Positions 1 to 11,418 of a DNA stretch of 64,000 nt are shown one piece after another. Position 1 is the stretch's first letter, and each line of letters opens with the position of its first letter. The notes below the pieces were generated by a model. That model ran no database searches and was not told the DNA's origin. It was given only the letters and a program-made list of their open reading frames with translations. Origin of the DNA: Podarcis melisellensis (lineage: Eukaryota); the NCBI GenBank assembly GCA_964234715.1, contig OZ174281.1; one strand, 5' to 3'. Made by a program: the position numbers and the translations under genes.

Positions 1-607
1 CATCTGGCTGATTGGCTGGGGCCATTTGGTTTTTGCCTACTGCGTAGCAAATCGTCACAACTTGTAAGGTTGCGGTTAGGCATTGGTTTATGGTTTGGTT
101 GGTTGAGGGGCATGGATTGGCTGTGCCTGCCCCTCTAATGCTGCTGCTGCAAGGGATTCCGTTAAAGGAATTGGGGGCTAACTATTGCTTGTCCACTCTG
201 TCAAGGGGCTCGGGCCATAGCAATGAGCTCCTGGTTGCATTTGGGGTGAGGGCAGGTTCCCTGCTCCGCGTAACCCCCAAGTGTATTCCCCCATTCTGAC
301 TTTCACATCGTGCGGAATGTCAGTCTGTCCCCCATGGTGGGGGCAGATAGTCGCAACCAATGCCTGGTTGCATTTGGGGTGAGGGCAGGTTCCCTGCTCC
401 GCGTAACCCCCATGCTGACTTTCGCATCGTGCAGAATGTCAGTCTGTCCCCCATGGTGGGGGCAGATAGTCGCAACCAATGCCTAAGCAACCACTCACAA
501 ATTTGTATTTTAATAAAGTTGTGGCCAAAATTATGCCAAAAACCTTAAACAAAAATTCTGTGTGATGTGTGAGTTATTGGGGTGGACCTGGGGACCTCGA
601 CACGCAA
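1..607 (+). mobile_element. Young non-coding repeat, copy 1 (cut by the window start); LTR-like or DIRS/Ngaro terminal-repeat-like
   Basis: Aligns to 61313-61934 with about 12 substitutions, a 1-bp indel and a 14-bp deletion. Contains AATAAAGTTGTGGCC near the 3' end, ends ...CACGCAA, and abuts an RTE LINE fragment. Confidence 0.85.
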
Positions 608-860
608 GTGATAAACATTTTCCAACGTTACACTATTGAGTTGGATTTGTGGTGATGCAGAGGGGTTATTTTGTGCTTGTTGGTGCAACACTTTGGTTTT
701 TTGGATGTTGAGTGATAGGCCAAGCTTTTCTTAAGCTTCTGCAAAGATATTTAGGATGGTTTGGAGGTCATGCTCTGAGAGTGTGCACACTACGTTGTCA
801 TCAGCATACTGAAGCTCTGTGATGGACGTTACGGTAATCTTACTCTTTGCTCTTTGCAAA
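608..860 (-). mobile_element. RTE-clade LINE reverse transcriptase fragment
   Basis: Minus-strand translation ITVTSITELQYADDNVVCTLSEHDLQTILNIFAEA*EKLGLSLNIQKTKVLHQ...VTLENVYH; YADD motif at 797-808; one stop codon. Confidence 0.85.
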
Positions 861-954
861 CTTTAAAACTTTTTAAACTATCATTTCAATTATTGGATAC
901 CGTATATGGTTTTACTGGATTTTATGTTGTTTGCCTACCCAATCACCCTTTAGG

Positions 955-1616
955 NNNNNNNNNNNNNNNNNNNNNNNNNNNNNNNNNNNNNNNNNNNNNN
1001 NNNNNNNNNNNNNNNNNNNNNNNNNNNNNNNNNNNNNNNNNNNNNNNNNNNNNNNNNNNNNNNNNNNNNNNNNNNNNNNNNNNNNNNNNNNNNNNNNNNN
1101 NNNNNNNNNNNNNNNNNNNNNNNNNNNNNNNNNNNNNNNNNNNNNNNNNNNNNNNNNNNNNNNNNNNNNNNNNNNNNNNNNNNNNNNNNNNNNNNNNNNN
1201 NNNNNNNNNNNNNNNNNNNNNNNNNNNNNNNNNNNNNNNNNNNNNNNNNNNNNNNNNNNNNNNNNNNNNNNNNNNNNNNNNNNNNNNNNNNNNNNNNNNN
1301 NNNNNNNNNNNNNNNNNNNNNNNNNNNNNNNNNNNNNNNNNNNNNNNNNNNNNNNNNNNNNNNNNNNNNNNNNNNNNNNNNNNNNNNNNNNNNNNNNNNN
1401 NNNNNNNNNNNNNNNNNNNNNNNNNNNNNNNNNNNNNNNNNNNNNNAGATAGTATTAGATAGATAGATGATAGACTCAGANNNNNNNNNNNNNNNNNNNN
1501 NNNNNNNNNNNNNNNNNNNNNNNNNNNNNNNNNNNNNNNNNNNNNNNNNNNNNNNNNNNNNNNNNNNNNNNNNNNNNNNNNNNNNNNNNNNNNNNNNNNN
1601 NNNNNNNNNNNNNNNN
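955..1616. other. Two assembly gaps (955-1446, 1481-1616) around a 34-bp GATA-repeat island
   Basis: Runs of N; the island agatagtattagatagatagatgatagactcaga suggests an unresolved (GATA)n microsatellite. Confidence 0.95.
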
Positions 1617-3437
1617 ATTCACACTCTGCTGGTCCATCTGTAGTGGTGGTACTGTGAGAAGGGTCATATTGGAGCATATAGAGAGGACCACAGAGGAACC
1701 CTTTCCCCGATATACAGTTTTTCTATGTGGAGCAACTTTCTTTCCCTTTTCTGTTTGCATGGAAGAATGCTTGATAATGTGAGTCTCCACCTGCAGCCAG
1801 AAATAGCATTTTCCAGACACAGTTTTACTAGGCTGTCTACTGCTGGTCATGCACATAGCATTTCAAGATGAAAATAACTAGCCATGAGCAATGTATTGCA
1901 TAACAAGATCGGAACTAATTAAGAGCCTTCTGAAACCAACATTTTTAACTTGTTAGAAGTATAGAAGTACCAATAAAAAATCCCAAATGATTGGCTAAGA
2001 AGCAGTAACTTTATGATGTAAAAAGTCTACCTATATGATGGCTTATTCTGAACTTATCATAGACCATCATTTTTCTGAGGATTAATTTGACTTTGATATG
2101 TTCATAGATATGTTCATAGATAAACTAGAACTGCTCAGTATTTATCGCCTGGGTCCTTCTAAAGAGAACTCTCAGATTGCTGCCATCAGCTTTTAGATGA
2201 CAATTTAATTTGAAAATAAGTAGTTTAGAATTGCATTATAGTTCAGGTGTGATGTGCTTCTTTGTCCCAGCTAATGAAAATAACTGTTTTTCATTTTGGA
2301 AAAGCTACTTAAGAATCTGAGAGTAGTGTTTTCGTTGAACTGAAGTATTCCTCTTTGTTAAATCTGAAATCTTTCACATTAAATGCTGTAAGCATGCAAT
2401 GTAGAAATAAATAAGTGAACATCTTAAAAGTATTCCATTTAGAAGGTGCTATTGAAAAATGTTCCATCTTTTTTGTTCACCTTTTGTAAATGAAATTATT
2501 GCAGTCTTGTAGGATCTAAGCGTCCATGTTATCTTTAGCAGGCGGGATGTGGTAAATCATGCTCTTAGCATTGGAAGAGATATACTGTTATGGAGGAGTG
2601 AGGGTGAATCAAAATTACTTTTACATTCGGGATGCCATTTCTGCATGCAGTAATAACCCATTATATGAGGGAACAATTTTATGATGTGCACAGAGAAAAA
2701 AGAACTATCTATAAAGCTATCAGCCTAAAAAAAATCTCTGTATCTCTGATGGATGGTGAATCAATAATCTCCTGTCATATACAAAGTGGTCCATAAAGAA
2801 GTTCCATCTCAGTAGGGTAAATTGTGATTATCTCTCCTATGATAAAAATGTGTGATATGTCTCCGGGGCTCAACAACTCCCCACCCCCGCACCCCCCACA
2901 TTTTGTTTCAGATGGTAGCATCTGGAATCAGCAGAGAAAGAATAATGGCCAGTAATAAATTTTCATGTTCAGGTCTTTCATAATAAGGCAGGGTAATAAA
3001 AGGTCAGAAAGATATTATACATTGTGGATCTTGTTGCTTTCGCACATGGCTCTTTCCTTCCTTTAGTAGGAAGAGTTCATGCTGCAGAGGATGTTTTTGC
3101 TTTTTTTGTTTTGTTGCATCTTTAGTTTTATTGACCACAAACTAGATGCTCAATCAAGAACTAGCTTTATTCTGCAAATTCATGCCTTGGGAAATAAAAC
3201 ATTATTATATGTGGAAAGACCAAAGAGTGTATGTATTCTCCATGATGGAACTGAGTCTATGAGCTGACGTGATGGCCACATCAACCTATTTTTTGTGCTT
3301 TTTGTGCTTTTTGCTTTTCATCATCCCTGTCACCCCTTCCTCTGTGTAACATCTCACCCAGTGAAAAGTTCTGGGAAACTTAAAAGATTGCCCCACTTTT
3401 GTGACATTTTGGCTGGAAGCTGTGGATGTGGGATGTG

Positions 3438-3478
3438 GATAGATAGATAGATATAGATATAGATATATATAGAGAGAG
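3438..3478. repeat. (GATA)n/(TAGATA)n microsatellite
   Basis: gatagatagatagatatagatatagatatatatagagagag. Confidence 0.9.
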
Positions 3479-5754
3479 GTTTTTAAAAAAACCAGAAACA
3501 AAAAACCAAATCAGATATATTAAAAAAACCATGATGACAGGAATGATTCAGCCCGCATTAAGCACATTAAATTGCATTGATTCCAATCTAACCTAACTTT
3601 GGATAAAACATATTTAGTAATAATATGAAATAAAACCTTTTCTAGTGAGTGAAGAACATTATGAAAATGGTTGAATTAGAGCTATTAACAGGTTGAGGAT
3701 TAAATATGTGCATTACACAATTCTTCTGTCTCCTACACCCTTTCCCTCATTGTCAGTGATTACTTAATTGTTTCAAACAATAGACATTTTAGGGATAAAT
3801 TGTACATGTGAATGTATAAATAGAACATGTGGATATACCAAACTTGATTGCTTTCTTATAGCTGAGATTTCCTTGGGTCAATTTAAGTTTTATGAGGCAG
3901 CCGGTGTAAATATTTGTGTGTGAGAGAGATGGAGAGAGTATAAGCATGTTCAATGCTCATTGCTAGATCCTACTTACTCTCCCATAACAAGTAGATTTCT
4001 TCATGAGCTAAACATTTCCCCCAGGAAAAGTTGAAACAGTTTCCCACAGATTATTCACTGTGGATCTGAATCACAGTTATAATAAATAAATTATATATTT
4101 ATTCAAAAGATGTTTTCTATTTGTTGTTCATCTGGAAGATGCAGTGGCAGAATAAGTATAGTTAGTGTTTCTTCATGTCCCTCCTCCCTCGTTTTGGTTT
4201 CTTTAAAATTAAATCAATAGGACTAGGTATGGTTATATATTATTAATTTCTTCATAATTAGATGTACATGAAGATTTCATTTAATTTTTGCATTGGATTT
4301 CTCTATTCATAGTAACTCAACAGAAACCAATGATTTGTTCCAATGATTTAAAGTAGACAGCACCTATATTTGATTGGAGTATCTAGGATTCCTTTGTAAC
4401 TTGGAGATTTTATACATATAGTTGTTTGTAAAGACAAAATAGGTTGCTTAGGCAAGCTTATTCTCAAATGAATAGGGTTGTGCCATATGCATTAATCTTT
4501 GTGTTGTTGGGATGTAGTGCTTTATTTTCATATGTATACTGCTGGAGAAATTCTGGATGCCACATTTTTCCACATAATTTTTATTGTCCCATAAGCAGTA
4601 TCATACTTTTTCTCTTCCGAACACTCACTGTCACTTTATCTAATCTCAAAGGTCCTTGAAAGCAAAACTGATAGTTTATATAGCCATCCCTAATATCATA
4701 ACAGAATGCGGCAAAGAAGAATTTTCATTTCTGTTTTCTTCTACATCCATCTTTCATTTAGAGACATTGTGAAAATGTCATTTTCACCTGCAGCATGCCT
4801 GAAAGAAGTGCTAATGAGATTACTAAAAGTAGACCTTTATGTTGTGGGATGCAAATTGGTTTGACACTATAATACAGATTGAAGCGATTAAATGATTGCA
4901 TTAACGTAAGAAAAATAAGTGAACAAATTTTTTCCCTTGATTTGTTCAGGCTCATTTTCTCTGTCCATGCACAAATATTTAAATAGTGGCACCGGAAGTT
5001 TCCTCAGAAGACATCTGACTCAAACATAATTGTAATCTCCAGCCTCCTTTATCTCCCATGTAGTTAAGGGGGAAGGTTCATTTTCCTAGACAGCATGCAA
5101 AAAGATGGTTTGCATCGTGTGATGACCTTATGGAAGTAAATTGACTTGCTTAGTGACTATATAATATTGAATGTGATAGATCGTGCCAAAATCCACCTGT
5201 GCCAACAAGACATTTAATATTCTGGACTAAGTCCCATAGCTCAAGTTCATGAGCTGTAATAACAAACTGGAGGGCTGTTGTTTCCTGGCTGCTTTTTTTC
5301 TTCTTCTAAGCATTTGGTTATTAGGAATGAGTTCCTATGTCCAGAGTATTTGGGCTTGTATTTTACAGAATTTATGTAACCTGTTGCAGATCTTGTTTAT
5401 CTGTCAGTATGTACTGTCAGTATGTACTTTTAAAGCAAAATAGGAAAGTCACTGATTTTGAACCCAATGTGCAACATGTTTTGTAATACTATTGTGCCAA
5501 CAGCGTTCGAATTAAAAACAGTGTATTAATATATTGGACTTAATTGCATTTGGACTCTGCAGCTTGGGTGAGGACATTCAGGAATAACCATATCATTAGC
5601 CCTAGTACTCCTGGTTCCAGGTATCGACCAGGGCCTTGTATGAACTGCTGGCCAAGGTTGCAGGGGAATATTCTAGGAACATCACGACACCCTCTGGATT
5701 CATATGTTTATAGAACTGACCACCAAAATAGGTCTTCTCCCCCTACAGAAGGTA

Positions 5755-6335
5755 GAAAGAACATAATGCCCAAGCCTTCTCAGATTATAATGGTGAGAGG
5801 TTTTTCAAGGAAGGAGAAATAAGAAAGAAACATTTTTGGTTTTGCTTGCTTGTTGGAAGGTTTTACAATATTTTTGCAACAAAAGACTCTTCTCCCCACT
5901 GCTCTGTTCAAACCAACAGAAAAATCCTTGGCGGATCCTTGCAGCAGACATGATAAAGAGCTGAAACAAGCAGGAGGACCCATAATGGCAACTAAACCCT
6001 ACCTTGCAGACTCTTGCGATACACATAACTTATTGAGGAGATAGCCAAAGACACTTCAGACTCCAAAAGAAGAGAGCAGGAAGACACAGTCACTAAGAGA
6101 AGAGCAGGAAGTTTTAAGGCTTGAGCTGGTGAAAGCATCAGCAGAACATATGACTTACAGGGTGAAGGGAGTAGAACAGTGAGTATCAGACTTTGAAGAC
6201 TGCATTCACAGCAGAGATACCATTCTGCAGCAGCATCAGAGAGAACTGGCCTTCTTACATTCAAAAATCACTGATATGAAAAGGTGAAGCAATTTGTCCT
6301 TGGTGGTTCATTCCAGAGCATGTAGAAGGACACAG
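5755..6335 (+). mobile_element. Degraded L1-clade LINE ORF1 remnant
   Basis: About 6254-6330 reads LHSKITDMKR*SNLSLV/IPEHVEG, resembling the L1 ORF1p DLENRSRRNNLRxxGIPExxEG motif, preceded by purine-rich coiled-coil-like sequence. The left boundary is approximate. Confidence 0.6.
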
Positions 6336-6346
6336 CACAGTAAAGT

Positions 6347-6525
6347 TTTATTATTTTATTTATTTATTTATTTATTGAATTTATATACCGCCCTATACCC
6401 AGAGGTCTCAGGGTGGTTCACAGAACAAAATCAAAATATAAAACCACAATATATATAATCAGAATAAAAACAACAACCCAATAACATGCCCCCTCAAAAG
6501 AACCACATTTTAAAAGGGCATCGGA
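6347..6525 (-). mobile_element. 3' end of a squamate L2-like LINE with (TAAA)n tail
   Basis: Reverse complement reads gtgaaccaccctgagacctctgggtatagggcggtatataaattcaataaataaat. Confidence 0.7.
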
Positions 6526-8493
6526 TTTGTAGCGTACTTACTCGAGAACCTACTTGGTCTACGAGAAAGAAACATTATTTGACAATGTGTTGGCTTTTAC
6601 ATTTTGTAAGAAAATCAAATGAGCTAAGCTTAGGCCCTTGATTTTTTTAAAAATGTGCTGATTATTATGTTTGTAAAAAGCATACTATGACAAAAATAAT
6701 ATATGCAGCTCCTGGCCCAATCAGTTTACAATCTGAGAGCTGAAGTAGTAAAGCTTGTGATGACTCCATCATGGAATTTGAAATAATTCATGTCTATATC
6801 ACAATGTACTAGTTTTTTATCTGTCATAAATTCCATCACAGAAACATGTAGAAACGCACAAAAATCCACCTTTAGGAAGATGAGTTGATTGATACTGAGT
6901 TCCTAATGTTTGGGCATACATCATTTCCAGTGCACTTAGCTGTATTTCCAGCAGCAATATTTTGGCTTCTTACAAACAGACATTCTTGGGCTATATAAAA
7001 TACACACCTGGTTAGCACTGTCCTGGCTTTGATTTCAATACATTGCTTAAGAGAATGGAAATGATAAACAAAAAACTGGTTATCATGTTTCATCGTCTCT
7101 TTACCTTCCTTTAATTATGTCAGTCAGGGGGTGTTTTTTTGTCTTGAGTGTTATCGACTTTTCCCAGAATGACTGCAAAATGCCAGAGGCATTGGTACTG
7201 CCATGTACTTAGGTTTTCCGATTCTCTTCACCCTCTTTTTAACCCATGGACTGTTAGCTATTTGGTTGAGCCATTTCCATTCAGTCGTTGACTTCTCACC
7301 ATTAATTGGATGACAAAAAGCAGGGCAAACTTTGCAACTTGCCTTCCTTGCACCCTTTTCTTTGATTTCTCCCTCTGCCATCCTTCCTGCTTCTTCTTAA
7401 TCATTTATAGTTCGTGTTTTGAGGGCTATAAGTCGCATCGGATTTCAGTTTGTGAAGCTCACATTGACAGGAGGCAGATTGCAATGAAGACCATAAACTG
7501 ACAGTTTAGGGCAAGCACGCTATTGGCCTCAGGCAATTGAGGATGTAGCCCGCTCCATCCTTCTGACTTAGGACATTTGTCCCTCTTGAGGTCTCATGTC
7601 CTTTCTGGTGATAGATTGAGAAAGACAAGCAGCACATGGGTAGGCAAACACCTCACCCAGGCACTTGGTGCCATTTAACAGTTTCCTTTTGCTTTTGACA
7701 TTTCCCTTTCCCTTTTTCACCTCGCTCATCACTAGCTGTTTCTGTCTAACGTCCACTACACAGAACTAATATAAAATGACAGAATACATATATGAGCTGT
7801 ATTACTCACTTTTGATTCTGTACGGGCTAGCTGAATTACACTGCACCTGTGAAAGAGCCAATTACAATTAATTATCAGCTTCCTGCTGTCATCAATCAGG
7901 ATGAAAAGGCTAATTTGGGGGGTCGGGGGTGGTAGGAAAGCAAATGTATGTATGGGTGTTCCACTTTTAACCTGCCTAGGTTTTCTGTTTTTGCTCTTCA
8001 CACCAGTGACAATTTGGCCAGTCTGCTCACAGCATAATATTTCAGTTCTCATTCTCTCACTTGCTATCTGTAATTACTGGATTTTTATCCAGCACAAATT
8101 AGAAAATGGGACCTTAATGGCTAGATCAAAAACTGCAACATAAAACATACTGCTTTGCAACCCAAACTATGATTTTAATGACTACTAAATTGCAGTGCTC
8201 TGTTATACATAAAAAAACCAAAACATTTTCTATGGGGTCTTTATAGATTGAAATTTATTTCAGCAACTGGGAAGCAGTTATACGTTGTTTTTCCCCATAC
8301 AGTTTTGTAAGAAGTGTGTGTATATGTGTCTGAATAGCATACCATTTTGCTTTTGACTGCCATCGTATGGTACCTGTGAAGAGAAGGGAGTTTGTGTAAG
8401 CATCAGTGAGTATCTCTGGGTAGCACTGGTGGTGATAGAGACCCGATAGTCCTAACAAAGTAATTCTCTAGTTGCTGATACCTAGTGTATAGT

Positions 8494-8550
8494 GCTGTTG
8501 TCATTTAGTTGTGACTGACTCTTCATGACCCCATGGACCAGAGCACGCCA
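8494..8550 (-). mobile_element. BovB-type LINE 3' terminal fragment
   Basis: gactcttcatgaccccatggaccagagcacgcca is the reverse complement of the BovB 3' end. Confidence 0.7.
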
Positions 8551-8562
8551 ATGTATAGTAGG

Positions 8563-8693
8563 CAGGGCTTTTTTCCAGACAGATCTCTCTGAAACTGAGT
8601 CCTGGCACCTCTCAGGTGGGCACTATTGCTGTTCTAAGAGAACGAGGGAGGTGTTCCTGGTGAGGTCCAGCATCTCCTTTTCTAGAAAAAAGT
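8563..8693. mobile_element. Short non-autonomous DNA-transposon-like element
   Basis: Termini cagggctttttt ... tagaaaaaag are partly inverted; family not assigned. Confidence 0.45.
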
Positions 8694-9319
8694 AGGTATA
8701 ATTCATTAGCATCTGTGCTGCCTGTCACCTGGCCCCACACGTTTCTGCTGCTACTGCTTCTCTAGCAAAGCACAAAACCACACTATTCCCTTTCAAGATA
8801 TCCCTAGTATCCTAGGTACACAGCCTACGCTTCTACTCATAAGTTTCCTTCAAAACATAGAGTACTGCATTCAAGTTGCAACAATCCTGGCAAACAACTC
8901 CCACCAGGCTTTCCCTTAAAGATCCTGTTGCCTGCTCAACTTAACTCTTCCCATTAGCTAAATGGCACCTCCCATGTTTAAAAGCCAAGTCGTTCTAAAT
9001 AGCAGTAGCTGGGGACAAATCAGTAGCAGAGTACTCTTGTCAACAGGCCCTCCATGTGAGATCTTGTGGAGCCGGCTGAGTTCTTCTGAGATGTTGCATA
9101 AGGCTCCTAGCCTTCTGGAGCCGGCACACTGAGTGGGCATTGCCCAGCAAGCAAGGCAGAGAGTTTAAAATATCATTTTTGTGCTGGGAATGCTCAAGCA
9201 GAACAACCCAGGGCATGCCCTTAAGTGCCAAACATGACCTTAACTCTGTGGGGCCTCTGCTTGAAGGGACTCTCTTGAAGCTGTTGCTTGAGGTGATGTA
9301 GCAATGCAGGGAACCCCCA

Positions 9320-9665
9320 TTCGTGTGTGCTACAAAAGCATCTCTTTTCCCAACATATCACTCTTCACATAAGGTGGTCGCAGTAGTTTCCCTGCAAGCC
9401 AACTAAAATACACTCCCATCCTTGCAGGGACAGGTCTCCCATCCTTCCTTAGCCTGTACACGCCACTGGTGCTCATGGTTCCGATGAAGGTGGGATTTGT
9501 GTCCTGCTGGGCACATGTTGGAAGATGTGGAACAGCTTCTTAAAGTGATCAGTTTCTGGCAGCACCCCATCTTGCATGCCTGAGCTCCAGGTAGGCATAT
9601 AGAGGAGGAGGAGACATACAGGGCTAGTCTAAAATGACGGAAGAATCTTTCATTGGGTACCAAAT
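9320..9665 (-). mobile_element. Possible highly degraded piggyBac-like transposase C-terminus
   Basis: Minus strand gives FRHFRLAL, then QIPPS, then a frameshifted CEE..VG..CF..H-like stretch resembling the cysteine-rich domain. Weak evidence. Confidence 0.3.
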
Positions 9666-11002
9666 TATCTCATCTGGAGTATCCCTGTATGCTTATAAAG
9701 TAACCTTTTTCTTTGGAAGGAAATTAAAATATAGATTCTATTTACGGCGGGGGAAGAGGAATAGGGAATTCAGGCTGTCTCTTTAGTAAGAGCATGTAAT
9801 AAACCATTTCTTTGCACATAGGGTTTTATATAGACATATGGTATCAAATGGCAGAAAATTGAAATTGTCAGGGTTTTTTTTTACTTGAACTGATGCTTTC
9901 TATTATCTATTTGAGCTAACATAAAATCCTTTCCAAAGCACTTTTTTGTTAGCTTGCTCAAAGCCTTTTCAGTTTCTTGCCGTGCATTATATTCTAGCTG
10001 CTGCTGAAAAAGGGTATTGCGTTTACCAGAATTCAACTTTAAATGTCTTAAAAATTTAATCACTGAAAAGATCAATACAGACAGTAGTTAGCCAATAACT
10101 CCCAGAGCTTAAGGGAAGTTTTGAGCTATAGTACTTTAATGAATTATTGAATGCTACTTGGGAGAGAGAGGGCACTTAAAATATACTAAAAATATTTGGC
10201 CTTTCTTTTCAAGCTTCCATTAATGGAATGAGACACTTGGGTAAGGGGGAGATTGGTAACCACTTACACTGGTGTTATCCAGTTAAAAGCAGTGAGCCTA
10301 CACTTGTGACAGTGGCTGCTTGAATCCTCATCTTTCTGTAAAGCTACTTTAGGCCAGAAGCAAAAAAGTCATTTTATGCAAAAGTCACTAATCAGCTGTA
10401 ATATGCCCCAAAATGGTTTGGAATGAGAGTAATAAATGCATGGATTGTTCAGGGTTACATAAACTGCATGCCACTTAATACATTATTCATTTTAGCCCAA
10501 AGGTATAATTATTCAGTGAAGTGAGAACCTAAGAAATTAGTTCCTTATTAATGTCTGTATGAGTAGTTCATTTTATTTATTTTAGTAAAATATTTTTATT
10601 TTAAAATCTCTAGAGCCAGTTTGTTCACAACACATCTATAATTTACATGTGTTTCTTTCTTTATTATTAAAATTAAATGGTTTCGTGTTTAAAATCAGGT
10701 ATTTTAAAACTGTCTTTGTATGTATATAAATGCTAATGGTTTATATGTATACAAAAGCTTTTTTTTACAGTTTATGCATGTGTGTGTGTTTGTGTTTGTG
10801 TATGGGTCTTTTAAAGATGTTTGAATTTAATGTTAGCAGTTGTATTCATGTGAACAAGTGGTATCCATAAAATGCAGGAAAAATACCTGACGTGGAAGAA
10901 GAATTAACCAGCAAAGAAATCCAGAATTTGGGAAAAGGAAGAAAAATTGTAGGGGGGGGGTAAGAGGGCATAAATAAAGCAAGCTGCTCCCAGTAATTGG
11001 TA

Positions 11003-11233
11003 CAGTGATACCTCGGGTTAAGAACTTAATTCGTTCTGGAGGTCCGTTCTTAACCTGAAACTGTTCTTAACCTGAGGTACCACTTTAGCTAACGGGGCCT
11101 GCTGCTGCTGCTGCGCGATTTCTGTTCTCATCCTGAAGCAAAGTTCTTAACCCAAGGTATTATTTCTGGGTTAGTGAAGTCTGTAAACTGAAACGTCTAT
11201 AACCTGAAGTGTCTGTAACCCAAGGTACCACTG
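11003..11233. mobile_element. Tc1/mariner (pogo/Tigger-like) MITE
   Basis: TA|CAGTGATACCTCGGGTTA ... TAACCCAAGGTACCACTG|TA: terminal inverted repeats (TIRs) and a TA target-site duplication (TSD). Confidence 0.9.
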
Positions 11234-11264
11234 TATATGTAAAGTTTGTTAGGTAAGGGCCATT

Positions 11265-11418
11265 GCCCTTCAGGCAGGAGTTCCCTGGTACAATCCCTGG
11301 TGCTCCAGGAAGGGCTGGGAGAGGCCCCCGACTGAACCCCAGAAGAACCACTACCAGTCAGTATAGATGATAAGGATCAACAGCCTGACTCAGTATGAGG
11401 CAGCTTCCATTGTTCTGC
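11265..11418 (+). mobile_element. Degraded tRNA-derived squamate SINE
   Basis: B-box-like ggtacaatccc; body ctccaggaagggctgggagag...ccagtcagtatag; tail tgactcagtatgaggcagcttcc. Confidence 0.65.

Noticed and set aside
230-481. tRNA gene or CRISPR-like array in the tandem units
   Set aside because: The units are 133 nt, lack A/B boxes and tRNA arm lengths, and have no unique spacers; the context is eukaryotic.
854-1856. Long ORFs of 126-244 aa
   Set aside because: Artefacts of translating through N gaps.
7140-7750. Possible minus-strand LINE ORF1 remnant
   Set aside because: No recognisable motif could be read.
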